A stretch of 51,821 nucleotides of DNA from an uncultured Candidatus Saccharibacteria bacterium (GCA_964452185.1 CAYVKO010000003.1:1-51821), one strand, 5' to 3'. Positions 9,532-18,707 are shown, numbered from the stretch's first letter. Program-made: numbers and translations. Notes: generated by a model not told the origin, from the sequence alone.

Positions 9532-10167
9532 CTAACTTCCTTCTCCCTCATCACTTTCACCGCTTTCGTCAGTATAAACCACAACGTTAGCGGATCGGAT
9601 AATTCGGTCTTCTAACCGATAGCCGGTTTGTTCGCGACCAGCTATTGTATCAATTTGATCTTCTGTTTCTGCTTCCGCAGTATCAATTGAAGTGTGCAGT
9701 TGTGGATCAAAGTCATCCCCGGGTTCCGGAGCAATCTTTTCTAGGCCGTTGTTGGTTAGAGCATCTGTTAATTGGCTGTGGATGTGCTCTACACCAGACC
9801 GCCATTGTTCGTCTGCTTTTTGCCAGGTTTCCTCGTCGGCAAAGGCCATTTCGAAACTGTCCAGTACGGGAAGAATTTCGCTTAAAAGAGATTCCTTGGC
9901 TCGCGTCTTTATCTTATCTTTCTCTCGCTTGAACTCCTTTCTGGTGTTTACATTGTCGGCCTTTGCACGTTGCCAACCCTGTAAATATTCACGTTTTTTG
10001 GCAACGCATTCTTTTAGTTTATCTCGGAGCCGTTTGATTGTATCTTTCGGCTGTTCGTCTTCTTTTTCAATAACAATATCCTCTCCTATATCTCCATCTT
10101 TTTCATCACTAAATTCGCCATTTTCAGGCGTCGACTGCGATGTGTTGTTGGCTGCGTCGTCTCCCAT
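9532..10167 (-). CDS. grpE: Nucleotide exchange factor GrpE
   Basis: Acidic N-terminus, a coiled coil with RAKADNVNTRKEFKREK, then LPVLDSFEMA and a C-terminal beta domain. Sits immediately upstream of dnaK. Confidence 0.9.
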   Translation of the reverse strand: MGDDAANNTSQSTPENGEFSDEKDGDIGEDIVIEKEDEQPKDTIKRLRDKLKECVAKKREYLQGWQRAKADNVNTRKEFKREKDKIKTRAKESLLSEILPVLDSFEMAFADEETWQKADEQWRSGVEHIHSQLTDALTNNGLEKIAPEPGDDFDPQLHTSIDTAEAETEDQIDTIAGREQTGYRLEDRIIRSANVVVYTDESGESDEGEGS

Positions 10168-10200
10168 ACGAAATGTAAATAGTAAGTTGTAGTAGAACAG

Positions 10201-10626
10201 TTATCGTTTCGACCACTGTGAGGATTTGCGGGCTTTCTTCTTGCCTGGCTTCTTGCGTTCCACCATGCGCGGATCTCGCTTAAGATATCCTTTGTTTTTG
10301 AGAGGTTTTTTGGCTTCGTTTGTGTGATCAACGAGTGCCCGAGAAATTCCGTGTCGGGTTGCTTCGGCCTGACCGGTAAACCCTCCTCCTTCTACAAGCA
10401 CTGAAACGAAAAATGTGTCGTCGATGTCTACTGTGGCAAACGGATCAGTTACGGTGAGTTGAAGTGCTTCTGTTGAGAAGTAGTCCTCCAACGGTTCACC
10501 GTTAACTACGATCTCGTTTTCTGGAGCATCGAACATTCGTACTCGGGCGGTAGACGTTTTCCGTCGACCAACTGATTCGATATACTCTCCTTCCATTTTG
10601 TCTTCGTATTCTTTAAACTCGTTCAT
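10201..10626 (-). CDS. rpsI: 30S ribosomal protein S9
   Basis: GRRKTSTARV..., GGGFTGQAEATRHGISRAL, and C-terminal ...KKARKSSQWSKR. Confidence 0.95.
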   Translation of the reverse strand: MNEFKEYEDKMEGEYIESVGRRKTSTARVRMFDAPENEIVVNGEPLEDYFSTEALQLTVTDPFATVDIDDTFFVSVLVEGGGFTGQAEATRHGISRALVDHTNEAKKPLKNKGYLKRDPRMVERKKPGKKKARKSSQWSKR

Positions 10627-10680
10627 CAGTGAAATAGTTTACTATATTTAGCAATAAATTCAATCTGTGGCGTAATAATA

Positions 10681-11049
10681 TTACTCTTGGATTTCAAGGT
10701 TTTTCATCATGCGGTCACGGAGTTTGTTGTCCGGCAGCATGCCAAAGACTGCTCGTCGAACAAGTTCGCTGTAGCCTTTTTGTTCTACAACGTCTCGAGC
10801 TGTTTCTTCTTTGCGTCCTCCAGGCCAACCTGAATGACGATCGTATGTTTTACTGTCGAGCTTGTTATCAGACATGTTGAGCTTGCTGGCGTTTTTTACA
10901 GTAACTTCAACGTCTGCAACCTTGCGACGAGCGAAGTCAACTCGATGTTTACCCATTAGCTTCTCAGCTATTTTTGAAGCAAGCCTCCCAAGAGACTTGT
11001 CGGTTGCATCAAACTCAATCTGCTCTGTGTCTGAAGTCGTAGTATTCAT
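10681..11049 (-). CDS. rplM: 50S ribosomal protein L13
   Basis: LGRLASKIAEKLMGKH, Y.RHSGWPGG and AVFGMLP motifs. Precedes rpsI, the canonical order. Confidence 0.93.
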   Translation of the reverse strand: MNTTTSDTEQIEFDATDKSLGRLASKIAEKLMGKHRVDFARRKVADVEVTVKNASKLNMSDNKLDSKTYDRHSGWPGGRKEETARDVVEQKGYSELVRRAVFGMLPDNKLRDRMMKNLEIQE

Positions 11050-11052
11050 AAT

Positions 11053-11424
11053 TTATTCGTTAACGTCGTGATCAACAAACTGGATAATCGCTTCAGAACT
11101 TGCGTCACTCTTCCGTGGAGGAAGTTTGACTACACGAGTGTAACCGCCCGGCCTGTCTTTAAATCGAGGAGAGATATCCTCCACAATCTTTTTGGCTACT
11201 TCCTTGCGTCCTCCCAACTTCTTTTCAAGTAGTCGCCGAGTATGTTGAGAGTCGTCTTCTCCTTTTGTTATGAGCTTTTCGATAAATGGCTGGAGCGCCT
11301 TCGCCTTTGCTTCGGTGGTCTCAATTTGTCCGTGCTTCACCAAGCTTTCAGCCAACGAGCACAGCAAAGCCTGCCGCTGTTTTTTGGTTCGCCCTAACTT
11401 TTTTGCTTTTACTCGGTGACGCAT
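11053..11424 (-). CDS. rplQ: 50S ribosomal protein L17
   Basis: MRHRVKAKKLGRTKKQRQALL...IETTEAKAKAL..., GGYTRVVKL. Follows rpoA. Confidence 0.95.
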   Translation of the reverse strand: MRHRVKAKKLGRTKKQRQALLCSLAESLVKHGQIETTEAKAKALQPFIEKLITKGEDDSQHTRRLLEKKLGGRKEVAKKIVEDISPRFKDRPGGYTRVVKLPPRKSDASSEAIIQFVDHDVNE

Positions 11425-11433
11425 AATTAAAAT

Positions 11434-12447
11434 CTATTTCTCTTTAAGTGATACCCCTTCTTCTTCAAGGATTTCTTCAATTTCGTCAACACCCTTCTTT
11501 CCAAGACCGTCAATATCGAGCAGAGCACCGCGAGTTTTTCCTACCAGACCGCCGGCAGTACGGATGCTTGCTCGTTCGAGGGCGTTTGTGGTGCGGGTTG
11601 GAAGATCCAGGTTCTCAATTCTTGTCTTAAAGAATTCTGCGTTATCTTCAGAGTCATCTTCTTCATCGTCTTGATCTTCAGAATCATCTTCCAATTCTTC
11701 ACTTTCTTCCTCTGTTTCCTCCTGAAGTTCTTCCGGGCCGCGTACCGGCTCATCTTTGATGTCGACAATATGCTGAAGCTGGCGAATCATCTTTACAATA
11801 GAATTCTCGAGAGCTTGCCGCGGGCTGATCGTTCCGTCTGTTTCAATAAGGATTTCCAAACGGTTAAAGTCTGTGCGTTCGCCGACACGCATATCTTCCA
11901 CGTGATAATTTACTCGTCGTATTGGGCTAAATGAGGCGTCTAGTGCAATTTCTCCAGCTCCTACCTTGTCATCCTTCAGATCTTCCTTACTGACGTATCC
12001 AAGCCCTGTTTCTATATTCAGCTCCATGGACAGGCTTGTGTCGTCATCTGTGATATTGGCTATTACGAGATCTGTGTTAGTTACGCTAACTTGACCTGAG
12101 TCATCTATATCTCCAGCTGTTACCTCTCCGGTAGAGTCAGCCTCCAGAGTTAGTGTTTGTGGTTCATCGGTAGTTACCTCAAAACGAACCTTCTTAAGAC
12201 GCATAAGAATGGTGATAACGTCTTCCTTAACTCCATCGATGGTGGCAAATTCGTGCCGTACTCCATCAATTTCTACAGAAGTTATGGCGGCTCCTGGTAG
12301 TGAGGAAAGGATAATGCGACGTAGTGAATTTCCTAGGGTGTATCCGTACCCTGGATAAAGTCCATCAATTCTATATTCTCCTTTATTACCGTCTTCTTCG
12401 ACGACTTCTGGTTGTGACGGAAATGAAATATCAGTGGAAAGTGACAT
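11434..12447 (-). CDS. rpoA: DNA-directed RNA polymerase alpha subunit with acidic NTD-CTD linker
   Basis: GYGYTLGNSLRRILLSS, NTD dimerisation fold, and CTD LDLPTRTTNALERASIRTAGGL. A ~45-aa D/E-rich linker is inserted. The ORF track starts at TTG 12450; I prefer the ATG at 12447. Confidence 0.95.
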   Translation of the reverse strand: MSLSTDISFPSQPEVVEEDGNKGEYRIDGLYPGYGYTLGNSLRRIILSSLPGAAITSVEIDGVRHEFATIDGVKEDVITILMRLKKVRFEVTTDEPQTLTLEADSTGEVTAGDIDDSGQVSVTNTDLVIANITDDDTSLSMELNIETGLGYVSKEDLKDDKVGAGEIALDASFSPIRRVNYHVEDMRVGERTDFNRLEILIETDGTISPRQALENSIVKMIRQLQHIVDIKDEPVRGPEELQEETEEESEELEDDSEDQDDEEDDSEDNAEFFKTRIENLDLPTRTTNALERASIRTAGGLVGKTRGALLDIDGLGKKGVDEIEEILEEEGVSLKEK

Positions 12448-12525
12448 CAAATTTACTTAATTAACGCATAAAAACTCATCTGTAAACACGCAAACTATAC
12501 CGTAAATTAGGCTTTTTTGCAAGCA

Positions 12526-13137
12526 CTAACGGCTATAGAACTCGATCACTGACGTTAAGTCGAAAACTTCGGTGGTGGCATCAAATCGAGGAACTGCCTG
12601 GATTGTGCCACTCAGGTTATCGCGGTCGACTTGCAGCCATGCAGGCGGCGTGTATCCTTCGTACCCTTCTTGTGCCTCCAAGAATGGACCTTTGTCCTGG
12701 CTTTCTTCTCGTACGTGTACTGTATCTCCTGTGCTTACGGTATAGGAAGGCACATCAATCTTACGGCCGTTTACGCAGATATGCCCGTGATTAACAAGCT
12801 GGCGAGCCATCTGGCGCGACTTGCCAAATCCGAGTCGGAATACAACATTATCGAGCCTGGTTTCGAGATTCTCGTAAAGAGAATTCACTGGACGCTTTTT
12901 CTTTTGGGATACCGCATTGTCAACATAGCTTCGAAACTGTTCTTCTCGAATTCCGTAACTAAATCGAACTTTCTGCTTTTCTTCAAGTTGCGCACCATAG
13001 TTGGACTGCCGTCCGCGCCCGCCTCTCCGGCCACCGCTACCGCGTGACTTAGAGACTTCAAACTTCTGTGTCTGACACTTTTGAAATACGCCAGAACCAA
13101 GTCGTTTACATATTTTGTATCGTGGACCTATTTGCAT
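12526..13137 (-). CDS. rpsD: 30S ribosomal protein S4
   Basis: YG.QLEEKQK.RF.YG; S4 domain RLDNVVFRLGFGKSRQMARQLVNHGHI.VNG. Confidence 0.95.
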   Translation of the reverse strand: MQIGPRYKICKRLGSGVFQKCQTQKFEVSKSRGSGGRRGGRGRQSNYGAQLEEKQKVRFSYGIREEQFRSYVDNAVSQKKKRPVNSLYENLETRLDNVVFRLGFGKSRQMARQLVNHGHICVNGRKIDVPSYTVSTGDTVHVREESQDKGPFLEAQEGYEGYTPPAWLQVDRDNLSGTIQAVPRFDATTEVFDLTSVIEFYSR

Positions 13138-13151
13138 AGCTAATTACTTAT

Positions 13152-13589
13152 TTATACACGTCGTGGCTTAGGAGGGCGGTTACCGCCGTGAGGAATCGGG
13201 GTTTCGTCTCGTATTTCAGTAATAGAAACTCCGCTGGTTCCCATGAAGGCTCGTATTGGTGATTCCCGACCAGCCCCGGTTCCCTTTACGATTACCGTGG
13301 CCGTCTTGGCATTTAGCGCCTTCGCCTTCGCCCCAACAAGTTCACCAACTTTGGCTGCGGCAAACGGAGTACCTTTTTTAGCGCCGCTAAATCCGAGTGC
13401 TCCGGCTGAGGAACTGTATACGGTATTACCTTCCGGATCTGTTAGTGTGAGCTGTGTATTGTTATATGTAGCATTAACATACAGCCGAACCTTGGAGAGT
13501 TGACGTTTGGTGGACTTTTGGAACTTCTCCTCCTTGGACGAAGTGTCAACAACAGTTCCTTCTTTTTTTGCGACTCGTTTCTTTCCCAT
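13152..13589 (-). CDS. rpsK: 30S ribosomal protein S11
   Basis: NNTQLTLTDPEGN..., GFSGAKKGTPFAA, VKGTGAGRES, DETPIPHGGNRPPKPRRV. Confidence 0.95.
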   Translation of the reverse strand: MGKKRVAKKEGTVVDTSSKEEKFQKSTKRQLSKVRLYVNATYNNTQLTLTDPEGNTVYSSSAGALGFSGAKKGTPFAAAKVGELVGAKAKALNAKTATVIVKGTGAGRESPIRAFMGTSGVSITEIRDETPIPHGGNRPPKPRRV

Positions 13590-13595
13590 ATATGA

Positions 13596-13979
13596 TTATT
13601 TTTTCTCTACAGTACGCCGACCAGAACCAGCGGTTTTGTAACCTTCGTACGGTCGGTTCGTACGTGAATTAGTTTGAGTATTTTGACCACGAACCGGAAG
13701 ATTTTTTGTGTGTCGTATTCCTCGGTATGACTCAATGTCTTTGAGGCGTTTTATATTAGCTTCTACCTTTCGCCGGAGATCGCCCTCTACTGAGTACTGC
13801 TCGATTTCTTTTCTGATGGCACGTTCTTCGTCCTCAGTAAGGTCACTTGCGGTTGTGTTGTAGTCTACTCCTGCATCATCCAAAATAGTGCGGGCGCGAG
13901 AATTTCCAATGCCGTGCACGGCAGTAAGACCAACCACAATGTGTTTATCGTCTGGAATTGTTACTCCTTCAATACGCAT
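13596..13979 (-). CDS. rpsM: 30S ribosomal protein S13
   Basis: MRIEGVTIP..., GLTAVHGIGNSRA, YRGIRH...LPVRGQ.T.TNSRT. Confidence 0.95.
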   Translation of the reverse strand: MRIEGVTIPDDKHIVVGLTAVHGIGNSRARTILDDAGVDYNTTASDLTEDEERAIRKEIEQYSVEGDLRRKVEANIKRLKDIESYRGIRHTKNLPVRGQNTQTNSRTNRPYEGYKTAGSGRRTVEKK

Positions 13980-13981
13980 AA

Positions 13982-14098
13982 TTAACCTTGTCGTTGTTTA
14001 TGACGCGGAGTATTTTCGCAAATGACATACACCCGCCCTTTTCGGCGGACTACTTTACATCCATCACAACGTTTTTTTACAGATGATTTTACTTCCAT
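13982..14098 (-). CDS. rpmJ: 50S ribosomal protein L36 (38 aa; too short for the supplied ORF track)
   Basis: Hand translation of the minus strand gives [38 protein letters not shown]. Sits between infA and rpsM, as in the canonical operon. Confidence 0.9.
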   Translation of the reverse strand: MEVKSSVKKRCDGCKVVRRKGRVYVICENTPRHKQRQG

Positions 14099-14113
14099 GA
14101 TGTGTGAAAAAAA

Positions 14114-14329
14114 TTAAAGTCTTCGAACGATACGTGCCTTTCCTCCGTATTCATTTACTTCGTAACGAACTTCATCTCCAACCAAGACACGAATATTAAA
14201 GCGTTTCATTTTGCCGGAAAGGTATGCAAGTTGCTCTTCTCCGTCCTCGGTTTCCAGACGAAACATTGCATTAGGCAATGCCTCAATAACAGTTCCTTTC
14301 TTTGTTTCCGGTTCGTTATCCTTTCCCAT
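14114..14329 (-). CDS. infA: Translation initiation factor IF-1
   Basis: G.V.EALPNAMFRLE.EDG...LAYLSGKM+RF.IR.L.GD.V..E. Confidence 0.95.
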   Translation of the reverse strand: MGKDNEPETKKGTVIEALPNAMFRLETEDGEEQLAYLSGKMKRFNIRVLVGDEVRYEVNEYGGKARIVRRL

Positions 14330-14341
14330 TAAGCAAAAACT

Positions 14342-14369
14342 ATTGTAACAGATTAAGTGGAGTCGTCAA
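14342..14369 (-). promoter_or_regulatory. Sigma70-type promoter for infA: TTGACG-16-TG-T-TACAAT, 12 nt from the ATG
   Basis: Minus strand reads TTGACGACTCCACTTAATCTGTTACAATAGTTTTTGCTTAATG. There is no purine-rich SD in the 12-nt gap. Confidence 0.55.
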
Positions 14370-14385
14370 TATAACCTGAGTTTGC

Positions 14386-15663
14386 TTACTCTAAGATTGT
14401 ATTGACTGTAATATCTTCCGCTTCTGTTGGCAGTGATCGCTTCCAGAATGGTCGAGTAGTTACCTCAGCTTCTTCTATATTGTCGTAACTGGAGAGAACT
14501 TCATCCAAGCTGTCTTTGCGAAGTCCTCGCATGTCGCGAGCAAGCGATCGGTCGTTGTACTGCCATACAGCAACGGAGTCTCCGGCTATGTTAAAGGTAA
14601 ATGATTGGTCTTCGGTTGGGGAAAACTCTTCTATGTTCTCTATGGAGAAATCAAAGTCTTCTAGACCCTGGACTCGAACATTAGCGTCATCAGCCACTTC
14701 AACCCCGGCTGATTCCATAAGGGCTGCAGACAAGGCTCGTTGATCAAACGTTATGGCGTGCAGTGATCCTTGCACTGTAACTTGAGCTTCTTGTGAAGAA
14801 TCGGAGTTGTCAGTGTTTGTATTAAATGAAAAGAAGCGACCTTGGTCATAAACAACAACGCCTGCAGGGAGTTCGTTTCCGAGCTTCTCAACCAATCTTG
14901 CCTCCAGATTGCTGGATAATGAGTTCACCAAGTTTTGCTTTGTGCTGGAGGAAACTACAGGTACCTCTCCGGCTATACCACCAGTCATTGGCGAAGCCAG
15001 GGTGGCATAAACTTCCTGGTCGTCACCTGATCCGGCCAAGCCCGGAACAGAGAATTGTTCTTTAGTGCGTGTATTGTACTCGTTTCCGGCTTCGGCGGCG
15101 ACAGCAGTTACGGTGACTGACCCTGGAGTGCCTCCGGACTGAGCTGGAACCTGTACCGGTTCTTGTATGCGGTAAACGTTTCCTTCCGGAGACTCGAATC
15201 GTGTACGCGCTACCAACCGAATTGAATCACTTCCTTCATTGTGGATGGTTAGCTCACCTGAACTTCTGGCTTCCTGGTATTCACTGCCGGTTGATTCGGC
15301 TTGCTGGCTAGAAGAAGCGGTAACAGTTGTCACCATGTACGGCACATCGGCGGTGCTTGAAGCGGTGCTGGCAGTGTATGTTTCATCTATGGAAATCGAA
15401 GCAGTCTTTGGATGTACATCAACGCTCGTCTCAGAAAAGACTACTGAAAACGCGAAAAACAAGAAAAGTACAGTTACTATACCAATAAACCACAGTCCAT
15501 ACGTTGTGGCTTGGCTTGCGTTCCTGCGTGGTGGGCGTCCGTCAGGTGGAGTCTCTTGCTCATTATTATCCTTACCATGACCTCCTCCCCCTGACCGTTC
15601 TTTCTTGAGTTTTTGGATAGAACGCTTATTTCTTTTTGTGATACCCGATACAGATCGATTCAT
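14386..15663 (-). CDS. Hypothetical bitopic membrane protein (basic/Gly-rich cytoplasmic tail, one TM, ~350-aa extracytoplasmic domain)
   Basis: N-terminus KRNKRSIQKLKKERSGGGGHG, then TM helix YGLWFIGIVTVLFLFFAFSVVF. The Ser/Thr-rich ectodomain contains GSVTVTAVAAEAGNEYN, faintly reminiscent of baseplate-J-like repeats (memory only). Confidence 0.6.
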   Translation of the reverse strand: MNRSVSGITKRNKRSIQKLKKERSGGGGHGKDNNEQETPPDGRPPRRNASQATTYGLWFIGIVTVLFLFFAFSVVFSETSVDVHPKTASISIDETYTASTASSTADVPYMVTTVTASSSQQAESTGSEYQEARSSGELTIHNEGSDSIRLVARTRFESPEGNVYRIQEPVQVPAQSGGTPGSVTVTAVAAEAGNEYNTRTKEQFSVPGLAGSGDDQEVYATLASPMTGGIAGEVPVVSSSTKQNLVNSLSSNLEARLVEKLGNELPAGVVVYDQGRFFSFNTNTDNSDSSQEAQVTVQGSLHAITFDQRALSAALMESAGVEVADDANVRVQGLEDFDFSIENIEEFSPTEDQSFTFNIAGDSVAVWQYNDRSLARDMRGLRKDSLDEVLSSYDNIEEAEVTTRPFWKRSLPTEAEDITVNTILE

Positions 15664-15678
15664 CGTTTAAATATTTTA

Positions 15679-16884
15679 TCATGTTTTATTTACTCTTGCT
15701 TCACAAGCAGACAAAACACTTGCAGCCAAGAAGTGATCCACTGCAGATCGTTTTGTGTGTAATCGCGAACTTAGCAATTCACTGTCCACCTCATGAACAC
15801 GGAATCGCGAACGTGTCACCAGGTGATCCTTAACCGAAGTATCTGATACAAAATCGGTTAACAAGGATCCGACGCTGTGTCCTGATAATACGTAAGCATG
15901 TGAAGGTAATGATACATCTGGTGAAAATTCACCTATTGAAGAAGCAAAAAGTTCCTGCCACCGATCTTTAGCCTCTGTAACTACATCGTCTATTTCTTGC
16001 TTGTGCTCACTCGTCTGGTGGTTGTCTAGATAGAGCTGGAGGCGTGAGCGAGCATCAGATGGCGGTCGGTCCAAGGACTTAGCAACCGTTCGGGTCAAGA
16101 AGTGTTCTCCAAGCGGGAAAGATACGGATTCTGTCAGCACACCGTTTTCTACCAGGAGAATTTCTGTAAGTTCATCTCCTGCGTCAACCAAAAGAAAACT
16201 TTTTGGGTGATCGAATACATTTGTAAATAGCCTGCTAACAGCGGCAGTAAATGAATTGAAATGCAGCTGATCCGTGTTAAGTCGGCTGCCGATAGCTTCT
16301 CGAGTAATATTCGCAATTTGGGTCGGAAGCATGCTTTTGTAAATTGCCACCCGTAAAGTATTGGTTGCAACTTCTTGAGGCTTGTTCAGCCTATATCCGT
16401 TACACCAAATGCCAAATACCGCCTCATCAAGTTCCTCAAGATCCTCTTCTTTTTTCGTGTGATTAGCTACGGTTTCTTCCCGGAACAGCTCATCGGCTTT
16501 CTGGCGAGCTAAATTCATACGTTCTTCATCAACCGTGAAAGGATTATCTTTGTTGATGGTTACGGTTTGAGTGCTTCCAACGTACCATGGTGCTGCAAAA
16601 AAACACTGAATTTCTTGTACCGGCGAAATGTCTGTTTTTCCGGTTATCTTACTGCTTACTTTTTGTAGTCTTTCGGCAGCAGAATCAACAGCTTGTTTCG
16701 TCATATTAATGAGCTTGCTCGTGTCGTGCTCTTTCATGAAGGATATCGGCTTGCGATGCGACCACACGACCTCCGGTTTTTCCTCCTCGGAAGTGACGAC
16801 GATCGCAGCGCCTATACTGCCTGACCTAATATCAAAAACAGCTTTGGTTTTTGAAGTGCTTGATTTCGTTTCAAAAAGACCCAT
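15679..16884 (-). CDS. Actin-fold (ASKHA; FtsA/PilM-like) protein with degenerate phosphate-binding motifs
   Basis: VFDIRSGSIGAAIV occupies the phosphate-1 position and FLLVDAGDELTEILLVENG...PLGEHFLT occupies the phosphate-2/adenosine position. The canonical DxGxT and DxGGGT glycines are largely replaced. Confidence 0.5.
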   Translation of the reverse strand: MGLFETKSSTSKTKAVFDIRSGSIGAAIVVTSEEEKPEVVWSHRKPISFMKEHDTSKLINMTKQAVDSAAERLQKVSSKITGKTDISPVQEIQCFFAAPWYVGSTQTVTINKDNPFTVDEERMNLARQKADELFREETVANHTKKEEDLEELDEAVFGIWCNGYRLNKPQEVATNTLRVAIYKSMLPTQIANITREAIGSRLNTDQLHFNSFTAAVSRLFTNVFDHPKSFLLVDAGDELTEILLVENGVLTESVSFPLGEHFLTRTVAKSLDRPPSDARSRLQLYLDNHQTSEHKQEIDDVVTEAKDRWQELFASSIGEFSPDVSLPSHAYVLSGHSVGSLLTDFVSDTSVKDHLVTRSRFRVHEVDSELLSSRLHTKRSAVDHFLAASVLSACEARVNKT

Positions 16885-16921
16885 GTGTAAGTAATGATAT
16901 CACAAGCTTGCAATCCCGGCT

Positions 16922-18700
16922 TTATTCCAGAACGGCCTTGATGCGCCGAACACCTGCAGAGCTGGAGGTCTCTTTAGTGATTTTAAAGTGGCCTAGCTCA
17001 CCGGTGTTGTCTACGTGTGGTCCTTTGCAAATTTCTCGAGAGTAAATTACTCCTCCTTTCTCGTGATCTTCAGGATGCTCCATTTCATAAACGGTCACTT
17101 CATCCGGGTAGTTAGCCTGGTCAAGGTAAATGGCCTCATCCTTCGCCTCTTCGAGCGGTTTTTCTTCACAAGAGACTTCCAGCCCGGCTTCTATTTTCTC
17201 GTTAACTCGATTTTCGATCTCTTCAATCTCTTGGTCGGTGAGAGCCTCATCGTGCGTAAAGTCGAAGCGCAACCGCTGTGTAGTGATGTTAGAGCCGGCC
17301 TGACTTACGTGTTTTCCCAGTACCTCCCGTAATGTCTGGTTAAGGAGATGGGTGGCAGTGTGGAGTTTTACTGTTTCTTCTTTTTGGTTGGCCAACCCTC
17401 CCTTGAATTGCTTCTTGCCGGCAGCTCGAGACTTTTCTTTGTGTTTTTTCATTTCCTCTTCGAAAGCCGGTTCATCTACAGCAACTCCTTTTTCCTCTGC
17501 AAGCTTTTTGGTGATTGAGAGTGGCAGTCCGTGGGTTTGGTAGAGATCGAATGCTTCCTTTCCGGAGATGTCGCCGTCAATTTTTTCAAACTGCTTACGC
17601 CCACGAGTAAGAGTTTTCCGGAAGCTTTCCTCTTCTTGCTCTACAGTGGTCTTGATAAGATCCAGGTTTTGTTCAACTTCCGGATACCAACCTTTGTACA
17701 TTTCTACTACCGGATCAACAAGCTTGGTGAGCGATCCGTCTTCTAGACCTAGTTTGTCTGCATGCTCTACAGCTCGTCGCAGTACACGCCTGAGCACGTA
17801 ACCTCGCCCGGTATTGTCGGGTGTAACCCCATCGGCAATGATAAACACGGCTGTACGCACGTGGTCGGCGACTATCCTTTCGGCTTTTTGGTTAGAGTCC
17901 TCTTTTAGGTCATCGATTAAAGAAACAATGGAAGCAAATAAATCTGTCTCAAAAATAGAGTCAGCATTCTGCATTACCATGGCCAGGCGTTCCAGGCCGG
18001 CACCGGTATCCACATTCTGTTGGTCGAGTTTGCCGACTACCTCTCCATCTTCTTTCTCATATTCCATGAAAACATCATTCCAAACTTCAATTACTTGACC
18101 TCGGCCGTCTGCTTCCTTAAACCCTTGGAGATCAAGTTCGCCGAGTCCGTCTTCGGTGACGTCATAAAACATTTCGGTATCTGGACCGCACGGGCCATTT
18201 TCGCCCGGGCTCCACCAGTTGTCTTTCTCGCCAAGAAAATAAATGCGGTTTTCCGGGATACCCAGTTCCTGCCAGATTTCCGCTGACTCAGTATCTTTGT
18301 CTACCTGGTCGTTTCCTTTAAAGCAAGTGATGTACAGGCGATCCGGGTTCAGTCCGAGACCTTCCTCTTCACTAGTAAGAAATTCATAGCTCCATTCTAT
18401 GGCCTCTCTTTTAAAGTAGTCACCCAGCGACCAGTTTCCCAGCATTTCAAAAAAGGTGTCGTGCGTATCGTCTCCAACCTCCTCGATATCTTGTGTGCGC
18501 ACACACTTCTGCACATTTACCAACCGATTTCCTTTCGGGTGGTCTTGTCCGAGAAGATACGGAACAAGTGGCTGCATCCCGGCAGTCGTAAAGAGTACTG
18601 ACGGGTCGTCTTTGGGTACGAGGCTGGCTGAGGGAATAACTGCGTGATCTCTATTTTCAAAAAAGTCTAGAAAACGTTGTCGTATTTCGTTCGATTTCAT
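16922..18700 (-). CDS. alaS: Alanine--tRNA ligase, compact form (592 aa, no C-Ala domain)
   Basis: FF...DH...PS.SLVP.DDPS.LFT.AGM.Q; WW.PGE.GPCGP.TE.F.D; editing-domain motifs HTATHLL and CKGPHV. The protein ends about 20 aa after the editing core (...GVRRIKAVLE). Confidence 0.93.
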   Translation of the reverse strand: MKSNEIRQRFLDFFENRDHAVIPSASLVPKDDPSVLFTTAGMQPLVPYLLGQDHPKGNRLVNVQKCVRTQDIEEVGDDTHDTFFEMLGNWSLGDYFKREAIEWSYEFLTSEEEGLGLNPDRLYITCFKGNDQVDKDTESAEIWQELGIPENRIYFLGEKDNWWSPGENGPCGPDTEMFYDVTEDGLGELDLQGFKEADGRGQVIEVWNDVFMEYEKEDGEVVGKLDQQNVDTGAGLERLAMVMQNADSIFETDLFASIVSLIDDLKEDSNQKAERIVADHVRTAVFIIADGVTPDNTGRGYVLRRVLRRAVEHADKLGLEDGSLTKLVDPVVEMYKGWYPEVEQNLDLIKTTVEQEEESFRKTLTRGRKQFEKIDGDISGKEAFDLYQTHGLPLSITKKLAEEKGVAVDEPAFEEEMKKHKEKSRAAGKKQFKGGLANQKEETVKLHTATHLLNQTLREVLGKHVSQAGSNITTQRLRFDFTHDEALTDQEIEEIENRVNEKIEAGLEVSCEEKPLEEAKDEAIYLDQANYPDEVTVYEMEHPEDHEKGGVIYSREICKGPHVDNTGELGHFKITKETSSSAGVRRIKAVLE

Positions 18701-18707
18701 ATGGCTT

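Noticed and set aside
9692-10192. 166-aa plus-strand ORF
   Set aside because: It is antisense to grpE and is Ser-rich low complexity with no start context.
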